The position numbers and the translations under genes are program-made. From a virus, in IMG/VR virus record IMGVR_UViG_3300042673_001035, positions 1 to 64,000 of that record: 64,000 nt of DNA; one strand, 5' to 3'. Positions 28,960-38,998 of the stretch are shown in pieces. Position 1 is the first letter of the stretch. The number at the start of each line of letters is the position of its first letter. The notes beneath the pieces were generated by a model that ran no database searches, was not told the DNA's origin, and was given only the letters and a program-made list of their open reading frames with translations.

Positions 28960-30971
28960 TATAAGGCCCTCCCTTTTATGTCTTTTGTTGGATATTTAAC
29001 TTCAAATATAGATGGGTCTAAAGAAGGATAGACAATCTTACCTTTAGTTGCCTCATCTATGTTGTATCTATTTGGTGAATAATTTCCGTCACCACCACAT
29101 AAGTTTGAAAGTTTTACGGATGGTACACTCATTACTCCATCTACATTTGCAAGTATCAATTCTATTTCAGAAATATTAATTGGTTTATTAAATGTCCAAT
29201 TATCTATATTAAAATATTCTTGTAATTCGGTTAAACAATTTGTTACAACTTCTCTTTTATTATAGTTTGAATAACATATTATTTCAAAATCTACTCCAAT
29301 GTTTATAATAAATCCGTCTATGATATTAACACCATCTGTTAACATTCTATATTCGGAAATGTAAGTTTTTAAGTTCTCTTTAACCGCTCTATTTAAGTTT
29401 GTTAATTTTTTATTAGAGTCGTATCCTAAAATATATAGATTGATTGCAAATGGATTATTTACTTCCGAAATTGATGTTTTCTTTTGTGTAAGATATTTAA
29501 CCAATTCTTTTTGAATATTCTCTCTACTACTATCTTTAAGACTATCTACTAAATTTACGAACTCAGCTATATTTTTAGGATTAGCTAAAATAGATGCTGG
29601 TGAGTTATTATCAATTTCACCATCAGCACTTACATATGCTTTAGTTACACTACCATATCTTTCAGGCATCGATAAAGCTCTTACTATATAATCTTCTTTT
29701 GTAACTGTTCTATTTTGAGAACCAAAAGTAGCTAATGCATTTTGTCTAATTTCTTCTATTGTTTCTACACCTCTACCACCAGCTGCAGGTTCTAAGTTTT
29801 CAACTGCAACAGATTGTTTCATTGAGTTATATAAAACTTCATTTTCAACTGCCAATAAATCTTCATCATATTCTATTCTAGAAATACTAGTTAAGTCACC
29901 TGTATTTACATTAGATTCTACACCCCCACCAACTAAGTATTTTATAGTCAATGTTTTATTTACAGGTGCAATTCCAAATGTGTTTGTTTTTAAGAAATTG
30001 GATGGGTCTATACCTTGATTTAATCTTTGGATAGAATTGGCCAATCCTAATCCTACATTTTTTGGATTTGGTAAAATGATTTCATCATTCATAGTAACAT
30101 CACCACTTCCAAATTCTAAATCCAATGTATTGTCGGAATTTACTTTAACGGAAAATCTACGAGGAACTTTTTGAACTTCCAAAATATAAGGTACAATTGA
30201 TGATGATGTATATAAGTCACTATTTGATTCGGTATTTGGTTTTTCAACAAAAATACTTTCTTGTGCTAAATAAGGTACTTCGTAATATTTTAAATTATCT
30301 TGGTCTGCAACTGATGTTATACCAATTATATTAGTATCACTCAATGTTGTTGTAGGATAATCCGTTGAATCTCCAAATGTCTTAGTAGTAGTTACTTCCT
30401 GTGCAGATATTGCTTTAATTCTTTTTGTTAATAGATAAAAAGTTGGATTGCCGGTTACATCTCTTTCAAATACATCAATTTCTCTATCATTTGTATTTGA
30501 AAAATCCAAAGAATCTGTTGTTCTAAATACCATATTTGAATTAGAGGTAGATGCAACTTCCATCCCATCTTTTATTCTCAAACAATAACTTTCGTCTGGA
30601 ACAACACTTGAACCTGAATTTTTAGACGGAATCAATTGATATACCGTCAATGTTGTTACTGCAGGTGATGATGTTTTTGGTTTATATCCCATTGTTTGTG
30701 CCAATGCAACAACATTTTTTCTTTCCGTTGCATTTGCCAACATTGATTCTTTTAATTGAACATCTTGATAGAAAGATAATACATCTCCTATAACAGCAGC
30801 TTGTTCCAAAAACACCATACCAGGTGATGCTTCATTGAAATCGGAATATGTGTTTGGAAAATATGTTTTAGTATAATCAATTAGGTTTTGTTTTAAAGTA
30901 TTAAAATCTTTACCTAAATAATTTATATTTTTTTCACTTCCCCAACTTTTCTTAACAGGTTTAATAGCCAT
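28959..30971 (-). CDS. Baseplate wedge protein (T4 gp6 / baseplate J-like)
   Basis: DFNTLKQNL...DFNEASPG...LAQTMGYKP; GGRGVETIEEIR...QNRTVTKEDY. Confidence 0.85.
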   Translation of the reverse strand: MAIKPVKKSWGSEKNINYLGKDFNTLKQNLIDYTKTYFPNTYSDFNEASPGMVFLEQAAVIGDVLSFYQDVQLKESMLANATERKNVVALAQTMGYKPKTSSPAVTTLTVYQLIPSKNSGSSVVPDESYCLRIKDGMEVASTSNSNMVFRTTDSLDFSNTNDREIDVFERDVTGNPTFYLLTKRIKAISAQEVTTTKTFGDSTDYPTTTLSDTNIIGITSVADQDNLKYYEVPYLAQESIFVEKPNTESNSDLYTSSSIVPYILEVQKVPRRFSVKVNSDNTLDLEFGSGDVTMNDEIILPNPKNVGLGLANSIQRLNQGIDPSNFLKTNTFGIAPVNKTLTIKYLVGGGVESNVNTGDLTSISRIEYDEDLLAVENEVLYNSMKQSVAVENLEPAAGGRGVETIEEIRQNALATFGSQNRTVTKEDYIVRALSMPERYGSVTKAYVSADGEIDNNSPASILANPKNIAEFVNLVDSLKDSSRENIQKELVKYLTQKKTSISEVNNPFAINLYILGYDSNKKLTNLNRAVKENLKTYISEYRMLTDGVNIIDGFIINIGVDFEIICYSNYNKREVVTNCLTELQEYFNIDNWTFNKPINISEIELILANVDGVMSVPSVKLSNLCGGDGNYSPNRYNIDEATKGKIVYPSLDPSIFEVKYPTKDIKGRAL

Positions 30972-30974
30972 TTA

Positions 30975-31412
30975 TTAATTATTTATACTAACATTTAGTG
31001 TTTCGGTTAATGATGGATTTGACTTTAATGAAAATTTTACTTCTAAAGTAATTCTATTTGCATCTATATCATTTTCATCATAATCAAATATTATATTATC
31101 TACATTTATATAAGGTAACCAAATATTTACTGCATCTAATATAGAATTTTCAATATCAGTTGCAATAGATTCTTCTACAATTTGTTCAAAGATTAAATTG
31201 TGAATATCACAACCAAAGTCAGGTTGCATTTCTCTTTCACCCTTTTTAGTTAGTATTAAATTTACTAAATTATCTTTTGCCTGTGTTAGAGTAGTGTAAT
31301 TAACGGCAAATATACCATTAGAATTGGATTTTCTACCGAAACCAACCCCTAATGATTTATAATCGTTTTCCGCTAAATCATTTACATTAATTCTACCTAA
31401 CTCTATGGCCAT
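30975..31412 (-). CDS. gp25/GPW-like baseplate protein (contractile tail)
   Basis: NLILTKKGEREMQPDFGCDI...FEQ...WLPYI. Confidence 0.9.
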   Translation of the reverse strand: MAIELGRINVNDLAENDYKSLGVGFGRKSNSNGIFAVNYTTLTQAKDNLVNLILTKKGEREMQPDFGCDIHNLIFEQIVEESIATDIENSILDAVNIWLPYINVDNIIFDYDENDIDANRITLEVKFSLKSNPSLTETLNVSINN

Positions 31413-31415
31413 TTA

Positions 31416-31907
31416 TTAAAATCTTTTAACTAATTCTGAATAATTTCTCGTCAATGCTTTTATAGTTGCATCTTGTAATCCATCACCGGTTGATTCAAAG
31501 TTTGGAACATTTGATGGTACATTTACCTCTCTAAAATCCATTGTTTCCCACTCACTTTCATCAACTCTTAATTCTGGTTTAATCATATCCAATACACTTC
31601 CAACCGCTTGAGCTCCCTCTTTTCTTTGTTCTGCAGTAAATGGTTGTGTCATATTCAAAATCTCATTTATCATTGGGTCTTTTGAAAATTCCCTTGCAGG
31701 TTTTTGTGTTTGTTGAATTGATTGTTGTTTTTTAATAGGTGCAACTGGAACCTCCGTCATCTCTCTTAAAGATGGTGTTGATTTATTTTGTGAGTTTAAT
31801 GTAACTGCACCAGATTTGATAAGCTTAGTTATTTCCTCTTTAACTTGTTGCTTAACTTCGTTTTTAACAACTTCTTTAATTAAAGTTAGTAAAATTTCTG
31901 ATTTCAT
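31416..31907 (-). CDS. Hypothetical protein
   Basis: 163 aa; ATATTTAT upstream at 31933-31940. Confidence 0.6.
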   Translation of the reverse strand: MKSEILLTLIKEVVKNEVKQQVKEEITKLIKSGAVTLNSQNKSTPSLREMTEVPVAPIKKQQSIQQTQKPAREFSKDPMINEILNMTQPFTAEQRKEGAQAVGSVLDMIKPELRVDESEWETMDFREVNVPSNVPNFESTGDGLQDATIKALTRNYSELVKRF

Positions 31908-31953
31908 AATAATTGTTTATATATGTTTAGTAATAAATATTTGATTTAATAAT

Positions 31954-33408
31954 TTATCCAACATTCGGTATAGTTGGTGTTTTAATGTCTGCATTAACCT
32001 CAGGCATCTTTATGTCTATGTTTGGTAACGATATTGTTAATAATGATGCCAAATCGGTCACACTTATATTTGGCAATTGTGGTAACTCCGGAAATTGTGG
32101 TAATTCTATACTACCTAAATCAACTTCGGGGAATTCAACCGTAGATGGAAAATCAGGAACCGGTGGGCCCATTTTAACTTGATATCCATTATAATTTATA
32201 ATTGCAGGTGCCGGTGGAGTTGGAGGTGTGTATTGTGCCGTAACTACCATATTTCCACCCACATTTAATAAATGTAATTGTGCCAAAGATAAAAATGGGT
32301 CAAGCATTACATTCGTTTTTGTACTGAAAATAAAACTTGGTGGAGTAAAACTAATAAATGGTGGGTCTGGTATTAACCCCTTTATCTTATCTTCCGCCAA
32401 TGCTCTAATCTCTTCTTCAGTGGGAGTTTTATCTTTAATTTGTTTTTCCAATTCTTCTTTCGTTGGAAGTTTCGGTAATTGAATTTGCAAATCTATATCA
32501 GGAACTAAACCATTTATCGTATCTTTTACAAATTTTTTAATTTCTTTTAAGTTTGGTTTTGGTTTTGGAATGGAATCTAAAATTGCAACAACTGCTTGAA
32601 CATATTGATATATTGGTTGTAATATAATATCTTCAATTGGAGGAATGATTTGTTTTTTAACTTCTTCGATTGCCTGTTCTAATAATTTTTCTTTAGTTTC
32701 TTCTATTATTTTTTTTCTATCTGGTAATTTTGGAAATTCAAATTTTAATGCCTTTTTAATTTGTTTTCCAATTGCTGATTTTTTCTTTTTTGCTTCTTTT
32801 AATTTCTTTATTATTTCTACTGCACCCTTAACTATTGGGTTATTTTTTATATCCGGTGCAACAACTTCTTTATTTATTATCTTTTGTGCAGTTTCATATA
32901 CAGGAATTGCAATCGGTGGTAAAGGTGGAACGGATGGTAAAGTAATTGTTTGTTTTTTTAATTCGTCCTCTAAAATTTTTAATGCTTCCACTTCAGCTTT
33001 ATGTGCTGCAGTAGTTGCAGCTAACGTAATTGGGTCTGGCCCTATGTTTTGAATAGCTCCAGGTGCAGGTGGAGTTGATGGCCATCCTAATGGTTTTATT
33101 AAAGGATTTGGCAATGGTGACATTTCTGCACCTAACCAGTATGCATCAAATGCAGATGGGTATAATTCTTGTAATACATTGAAATTACTACCTACACTAT
33201 CTGTTCCTTTTTTTAATGCAATTTTTATAGCATCTGCCATGCCTTTAACATTACCATTGATAACATTAACTCCGTATAATAAATCCCCACCACTTTTAAT
33301 TGCCTTATCATATTCATTTGCATAAAATTCAGCAAATGCATCAGGATCAGCTTTAAATTGACCAGTAAGCATTGCAGTTAATACATTCAATTTAAAAATT
33401 GCCCACAT
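31954..33408 (-). CDS. Pro-rich protein downstream of spike gene
   Basis: Many PxxP / LPxFP runs and a Lys-rich middle region. Confidence 0.55.
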   Translation of the reverse strand: MWAIFKLNVLTAMLTGQFKADPDAFAEFYANEYDKAIKSGGDLLYGVNVINGNVKGMADAIKIALKKGTDSVGSNFNVLQELYPSAFDAYWLGAEMSPLPNPLIKPLGWPSTPPAPGAIQNIGPDPITLAATTAAHKAEVEALKILEDELKKQTITLPSVPPLPPIAIPVYETAQKIINKEVVAPDIKNNPIVKGAVEIIKKLKEAKKKKSAIGKQIKKALKFEFPKLPDRKKIIEETKEKLLEQAIEEVKKQIIPPIEDIILQPIYQYVQAVVAILDSIPKPKPNLKEIKKFVKDTINGLVPDIDLQIQLPKLPTKEELEKQIKDKTPTEEEIRALAEDKIKGLIPDPPFISFTPPSFIFSTKTNVMLDPFLSLAQLHLLNVGGNMVVTAQYTPPTPPAPAIINYNGYQVKMGPPVPDFPSTVEFPEVDLGSIELPQFPELPQLPNISVTDLASLLTISLPNIDIKMPEVNADIKTPTIPNVG

Positions 33409-33409
33409 A

Positions 33410-34624
33410 TTACTTACTTAAAAAGTTTCTAGATGATTGTATCTTAGATAGTCTTTGTTTAATTGATGTGAATATTGCCGAATTATGTGGGCCTGCACCG
33501 GTTGGGCCGACACCTGTTGCAAATACCATTTTATTTATGGCATCTAACATTTCACTCATCAAATCAATCAATTCACCCGATAGTACCATTCTTTGAACTT
33601 CGGAACCGGCACCACCTGGATTTCCAACTTTACCAATGTAAACAACTCCGGATGCATCACTATTTAATACTATATTTTTATTGGTATGGATTACAATGTC
33701 ACTATCGGAATGTGCATATATTTCTTTTGCAGAATCTATACTATATCTACCATCGGTTATAACTCCAGTATTTCCTTTTCCAAATATAATAAACTCACTT
33801 GCCTTTGCAGACAATACTATTCTATCGGAATTTACGAATAATTGGTTACCTGTTAGTTTTTCTGAATTAGGATATTCTCTAAAAGCTATTTTGGTTTTAT
33901 TTATATTTTCTTTAAATGGTACTTTAATTTTATTAGATGTAAAATATACGGATGTACCATCACCATTGATATCTTCGTCTATTAGTGTTCCTATTTTTGA
34001 ATTGTCAAGTTGTGGATTTTGTTTATTTCTTATAAAAATACCAGGAGATGAAGTTTTACCATCCTCAGTTAAAAAAAATTCACTAAATCTAATAGTATTA
34101 CCAACTCTACCACTTATGATAGTGTCTCCATTTCTTGGTTTTAAGAATTTAATCTTTTCATTTACTTTATATCGTTTCTCATCCGATTTTTTAGGTGTTC
34201 CTGTCTGACCTGTGGAACCAGTTTTTGTTTCTGTATAGTTTTTGTTTTTACCTTCAGAATTTCCAGTAGATACATTTTTCTCTCTACCAATTTCGGAAAC
34301 TAATAATGACTCTCTAAAATTCGGATATTGTGTTGCAGAATATGGTAACCAATAATGTGAATTTTGAATGTTTAATATTAATACAGTTTCACCTATTAGT
34401 GGATATGTTATATTATTTTTGTCAAATGGAAATGCATAGTCTTCTTTGTTAATAAAACTTTCTCTCCTATACTCTATTGCACCTAAAAATCTAACATCAG
34501 TATCCGTAAAGTCATTATTATCATTATATACTGGTACTAATTTTTTCTCTAAATCATTTTTTATAGATTTATCCGATTCAGTATAAACTCTGTATACGGT
34601 TGCTAGATAAGTTTCACCAATCAT
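33410..34624 (-). CDS. Baseplate hub/spike (gp5/VgrG-like) protein
   Basis: YPLIGETVLI (OB-fold), GDTIISGRVGNTIRF, NSDRIVLSAK beta-helix-like, GVGPTG tip. Confidence 0.7.
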   Translation of the reverse strand: MIGETYLATVYRVYTESDKSIKNDLEKKLVPVYNDNNDFTDTDVRFLGAIEYRRESFINKEDYAFPFDKNNITYPLIGETVLILNIQNSHYWLPYSATQYPNFRESLLVSEIGREKNVSTGNSEGKNKNYTETKTGSTGQTGTPKKSDEKRYKVNEKIKFLKPRNGDTIISGRVGNTIRFSEFFLTEDGKTSSPGIFIRNKQNPQLDNSKIGTLIDEDINGDGTSVYFTSNKIKVPFKENINKTKIAFREYPNSEKLTGNQLFVNSDRIVLSAKASEFIIFGKGNTGVITDGRYSIDSAKEIYAHSDSDIVIHTNKNIVLNSDASGVVYIGKVGNPGGAGSEVQRMVLSGELIDLMSEMLDAINKMVFATGVGPTGAGPHNSAIFTSIKQRLSKIQSSRNFLSK

Positions 34625-35028
34625 TATAATTTAGTTTTAATTTCTTCAATTTCAATTTGAATATCCGTTAATTTCTCTTTATTTTTTTCTTCTACTTGAT
34701 TTATCGTATCTTCCATATCTGCAAGTAATTGTTCTTTTTCATGTTCACTTAACCAACCATCTTCACCGATGCCTTTAGCTTCGGCAGCTGCAAGTCTTTG
34801 TGCAATAGTTGCAAGTTTAATTAAGTGGTCATCATTCTTAACCGATACCTCAATCAAATCTTTTATGATTGGTGCAATTACCGTTGCCTCACCTACATTA
34901 CGAATTAATTTTCTCAAAGATTCAATTAATTCAGAAATGTTTTTCTTTTTATTTTGTTGATTTTCGTATATATCTTTAAATAATGATGATAAATTTTTAC
35001 CATCAAATAATTGAAATTCGTTTGCCAT
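34624..35028 (-). CDS. Hypothetical helical protein
   Basis: 134 aa, translationally coupled to the spike gene. Confidence 0.6.
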   Translation of the reverse strand: MANEFQLFDGKNLSSLFKDIYENQQNKKKNISELIESLRKLIRNVGEATVIAPIIKDLIEVSVKNDDHLIKLATIAQRLAAAEAKGIGEDGWLSEHEKEQLLADMEDTINQVEEKNKEKLTDIQIEIEEIKTKL

Positions 35029-35051
35029 TTTATATGTTTATGTACTAATAA

Positions 35052-36749
35052 TTATTTACTTATTAAAAACTTACCCAAAATCAAGTAATCCATATCACAA
35101 TTATGAAATGTCCAAATTGCTTTTTGTGGGTCATTTGTCATTGTGTGGTCTTTTAAGTTAAATGATGTATTTAATAAAATAGGTGTTCCTGTTAGTTTTT
35201 CGAACTCCTTTAATAAGTCATAGTAAAGTGGGTTATCTTCTCTTTTAAGTGTCTGTATCCTTGCCGAATTGTCAACATGGGTTACTGATGGAATGTTTAC
35301 TCCATTTTTAACTTTGACAACCTGATTCATATAAGGAACATCTTCTTCTGATAGAAAATACTTTTGATAATCTTCAATTGTAACCGATGGTGCAAACGGC
35401 CTAAACATCTCTCTCTTTTTGACAACCTTATTAATTCTATCTCTAATATCCGGCAAATGTGGATTACCCAATATAGAACGATTACCCAATGCTCTTGCAC
35501 CAAATTCAGTTCTACCTTGAAACCAACCTATAATGTTACCTTCATCAATTAATTTTGCAACCGATTTACACAACATCTCATTGGTATCGAACATTTCAAC
35601 TTTACTTCTATTGTTTTGCAATATGATTTTAAGTAATTCAGTACTATTCCATTCTTCACCTAAATATGGAGATTGATTATCACCACCTTTTACTTTTGGA
35701 TTGCCTAATACAATATGATGTTGATATAAACATGCACCAATTGCAGAACCCGAATCTGATGGTGCAAATGGAATCCAAACATTTTTGATATTTGTATGTT
35801 TTTTTATTTTACCATTAGCAGTTCCGTTATATGCACATCCACCACCTAATACTAAATTTTCACATTCCCAAATATTAGTAATTCTATTGATAATGAAATA
35901 TAATGCACTTTCATACCACTTTTGTAATGCGGCAGCTAGGTCTTTATGATGTTGTTCAATTGGTTCATCTTTAAATCTTGGTGGAAATCCAATTAAATCA
36001 ATAAGTTTTTCATTAAACATATCATTATCCGATGTGTGCCATGTAAAGTAAGACATATCCATTTTTACAATATCAAATTCACCACCTATTGTTACAACTT
36101 TATCAAATACACTATGATATCTAGCATCATCACCATATGGAGCCAGTCCCATCACTTTATATTCACCTTCGTTTGGTTTAAATCCTAAATACGCCGTAAA
36201 TGCCGAATAAATCAACCCCAAAGAATGTGGAAATTGTAATGTTTGTATTTTATGAAACCCTTTACTATCACACATTGTGGCGTATACCGAATGTCTTTCA
36301 CCAACTCCGTCAATTGACAAACCTATTGTTGTATCAAATGGTGATGTATAATATGAAAGTGCTAAATGTGATAAATGATGATGTGTATAGGTAATAATTC
36401 CTTCATATCCAATAGATTTCAATATTTTTTTTAAATTACCTTCGGTTTCATTCCATCTTTTATTAAACTTTCTCCACTTCATTGGGTATCTTAAACCACC
36501 CCACTTTCCTATTGTTTCTTTAACTCTTTCATACTTATCATTTGGGTTTTCATACCAACAAACCATATCAATTTCATCAATTGTTATTTTTGTATATTCT
36601 AAACACCATTGAATTGCTTTAAATGGAAAAGAACTATCGTGTTTAATTCCTGATAGTTTCTCCTCTTCGATTGCACATATAACTTTACCATCTATAACAA
36701 TTGTAGCTGCTGAATCGTGGTAAAATCCTGATAAACCTAATTGTATCAT
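35052..36749 (-). CDS. O-carbamoyltransferase (NodU/CmcH/TobZ family)
   Basis: YHDSAA...EEEK...KH; HHLSH; DGVGE; EYKVMGLAPYG; GGCAYN; EFGARALGNRS; FRPFAP; NTSFN. Confidence 0.93.
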   Translation of the reverse strand: MIQLGLSGFYHDSAATIVIDGKVICAIEEEKLSGIKHDSSFPFKAIQWCLEYTKITIDEIDMVCWYENPNDKYERVKETIGKWGGLRYPMKWRKFNKRWNETEGNLKKILKSIGYEGIITYTHHHLSHLALSYYTSPFDTTIGLSIDGVGERHSVYATMCDSKGFHKIQTLQFPHSLGLIYSAFTAYLGFKPNEGEYKVMGLAPYGDDARYHSVFDKVVTIGGEFDIVKMDMSYFTWHTSDNDMFNEKLIDLIGFPPRFKDEPIEQHHKDLAAALQKWYESALYFIINRITNIWECENLVLGGGCAYNGTANGKIKKHTNIKNVWIPFAPSDSGSAIGACLYQHHIVLGNPKVKGGDNQSPYLGEEWNSTELLKIILQNNRSKVEMFDTNEMLCKSVAKLIDEGNIIGWFQGRTEFGARALGNRSILGNPHLPDIRDRINKVVKKREMFRPFAPSVTIEDYQKYFLSEEDVPYMNQVVKVKNGVNIPSVTHVDNSARIQTLKREDNPLYYDLLKEFEKLTGTPILLNTSFNLKDHTMTNDPQKAIWTFHNCDMDYLILGKFLISK

Positions 36750-36751
36750 AC

Positions 36752-37450
36752 TTAAATTTTTATATCACCATATTTGTCATATTCATTATATAGTTCCATT
36801 TGCCTTTCTTTCATTTTGTTGACAACTTTGGTTATATAATGTGTAGGGTGTCCTGTCATTTCTCTAATAAGTAAATATAATGATTTTTTATTAAAGTTTT
36901 CAATAAATTCAGCTCTACGGAATAATTCTAATACTGAGTCTGCAATCTGTAAATCTCTTTTCTTTGGAAAATAATTCTCCAAATGTTTATCCCAATATTG
37001 TAACATTCTAACATTAAAAGTTCTAAATTCGTCATTTCTTTCCTCCTCTCTAAAGTTATTTTCAGTATCAAATGATTCAGGTAAACCAGACATTATATCC
37101 GTATCTTTATATCTTTTGTAATTTGCATTATTATTTAAAATAAGATAGTTTCTTGCAACAATAGTAAAATAAGAGAATGCTTTACCTTTACCACTCTTAT
37201 ACATGTGTATTTTTTCAATCATAAATGTAACAACCTCTGCCATTACATCTTTTGGGTCATCATCAAAATAAGTAAATTTCCATTTATTATAAACTATTTC
37301 TGCAAGTTTGTCAAATGCAGATGCAATTCTTTCTCTATATAATTTATCTTTAATATATTGGTCATCGGTTAGATTATATTCAATAATAGCATCTTCCGTA
37401 TCTTTTGTAAAATATTGACGATTCGGCCCCCTTTTCTTTCTAATTGGCAT
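36752..37450 (-). CDS. Phage sigma factor (T4 gp55-like late sigma)
   Basis: Region-2-like DVMAEVVTFMIEKIHMYK.GKGKAFSYFTIVARNY. Confidence 0.65.
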   Translation of the reverse strand: MPIRKKRGPNRQYFTKDTEDAIIEYNLTDDQYIKDKLYRERIASAFDKLAEIVYNKWKFTYFDDDPKDVMAEVVTFMIEKIHMYKSGKGKAFSYFTIVARNYLILNNNANYKRYKDTDIMSGLPESFDTENNFREEERNDEFRTFNVRMLQYWDKHLENYFPKKRDLQIADSVLELFRRAEFIENFNKKSLYLLIREMTGHPTHYITKVVNKMKERQMELYNEYDKYGDIKI

Positions 37451-37715
37451 TTTGTTGTGTTTTGAATTTTTCGATGGTTTCTTTTATTTGATAAAATATA
37501 GAACCTACTTCATCGTCCTTCTCAAACATTTCACGAGAATCGATTTCTCTTAATGCCTCCAGTAATGCTTCGTTTCTTTCTAATTCCGTTTGTAAAAATA
37601 CATCATTATCTTCGATGATATCTTCGTATTTTTCTAATTTTTGTAAAAGATTATAAATTACAAATAATGATGCAACTACTAATACTGATAATATTGTGAT
37701 TATTGTGTATAACAT
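37440..37715 (-). CDS. Small membrane-anchored coiled-coil protein
   Basis: N-terminal hydrophobic helix; FEKDDEVG. Confidence 0.6.
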   Translation of the reverse strand: MLYTIITILSVLVVASLFVIYNLLQKLEKYEDIIEDNDVFLQTELERNEALLEALREIDSREMFEKDDEVGSIFYQIKETIEKFKTQQNAN

Positions 37716-37717
37716 AA

Positions 37718-38353
37718 TTAAACGATTTCGTATCCTTGTAAAAAATATTTGTTTGCATTTTTGTATTTGATTTCAACCATTTCACCTTGTGGAGATTTCA
37801 TTACAATTTTATCGTTTCTACCATAACTAACTCTTTTGACAACCTGTGTATTATAAACTCTATCTTTGATTGTAAATCCGTCTAAATGGTCAATTTCGTG
37901 TTGAACTATAACTGTCATCATAGTTTCCTTAGATACTGACTTATTTTGTTCATCACCTTCTGGATTAATTTCAAATGTTAATTCACCCAAATTATCCGTA
38001 GCTATAACAACTTTAGAAGCTCTAATTGTTTTGATTGGAGACCTTAATGTTGATGGTATAGATAAACAACCTTCAAAGAATAAAAATCCTTCTTTTGACT
38101 TTTCTTTAATTATTGGATTTACTAAGAATAATTCTTCATCACCAAGCTGGATTAAACATGCTCTTTTTTTAATTCCAATTTGTGTTGCAGAAATTCCCAA
38201 TCCTGGATGTTTTACCAAAGCTTCACTTAATTGTAATCTTAATTCATCATATTCTTGTTGTGTAATTTCTGTTTTAGGAGTCGGTGTTTTAAGATACTCC
38301 GTAAACTCTTTTGTTGTTAGTCCATTAGAACCTTTGTCAACTATTAATTTCAT
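37718..38353 (-). CDS. def: Peptide deformylase
   Basis: GLGISATQIG, EGCLS, QHEIDHLDG. Confidence 0.95.
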   Translation of the reverse strand: MKLIVDKGSNGLTTKEFTEYLKTPTPKTEITQQEYDELRLQLSEALVKHPGLGISATQIGIKKRACLIQLGDEELFLVNPIIKEKSKEGFLFFEGCLSIPSTLRSPIKTIRASKVVIATDNLGELTFEINPEGDEQNKSVSKETMMTVIVQHEIDHLDGFTIKDRVYNTQVVKRVSYGRNDKIVMKSPQGEMVEIKYKNANKYFLQGYEIV

Positions 38354-38356
38354 ATT

Positions 38357-38566
38357 TTATTTTTTTAATCCGTATTTTATCCACTTATACCAAACTCTTT
38401 CGTGAATGTAATATTGAATGGGTTTATAAATCAATTCTGCTACTCCAAATGTTGCACCTATTTTAATATCACCACTTACCCACCACATTATACCAAATCC
38501 AATTAAAGTTGATACAATACGATATGAAATGGTTTTGGCAATATGTCTTTTACGCTCTACTACCAT
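38357..38566 (-). CDS. DUF2061-like small membrane protein
   Basis: RHIAKTISYR...YYIHERVW. Confidence 0.75.
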   Translation of the reverse strand: MVVERKRHIAKTISYRIVSTLIGFGIMWWVSGDIKIGATFGVAELIYKPIQYYIHERVWYKWIKYGLKK

Positions 38567-38945
38567 CTTCTTTATCTATGTTATAAATAATTACATCACC
38601 ATTTGAGTCAATGTATTTTTGTCTAATTGCAGTTCCACTAATTTTTTCTATTTCTTTTGGGGGTTCGTGATATATAACCTCATATCCAACACCTCTACCA
38701 TAGTTTACACTTTCAATGTCTGGAATAATCGATAACAATATTTTATCCCAATTGTTTGTAAAAAATGGTTCTTTTTGTAATTCTTGTAATACTTCTTGTG
38801 CTGATTTAGGATTATTTTCATCCTTTTGTACATCTCTAATTGCAACCCAACAATTTTTTCCGTTTTCTAATTGTTGATTGATTAACCACTCATGTCCTTT
38901 GTGCCATGTTTGCCATCTTCCGATGAATAATGCATATTTTTTCAT
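38550..38945 (-). CDS. Small HxGH nucleotidyltransferase (cytidyltransferase-like)
   Basis: FIGRWQTWHKGH; NP; ISGTAIR. Confidence 0.8.
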   Translation of the reverse strand: MKKYALFIGRWQTWHKGHEWLINQQLENGKNCWVAIRDVQKDENNPKSAQEVLQELQKEPFFTNNWDKILLSIIPDIESVNYGRGVGYEVIYHEPPKEIEKISGTAIRQKYIDSNGDVIIYNIDKEDGSRA

Positions 38946-38964
38946 AAATTATAATTTCGTATTT

Positions 38965-38997
38965 CTAATATACGAAAATAATTCTAATTTACCAAAT
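38965..38997 (-). promoter_or_regulatory. Bacteroidota-type sigma-A-like promoter
   Basis: ATTTGGTAAATTAGAATTATTTTCGTATATTAG. Confidence 0.65.
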
Positions 38998-38998
38998 A

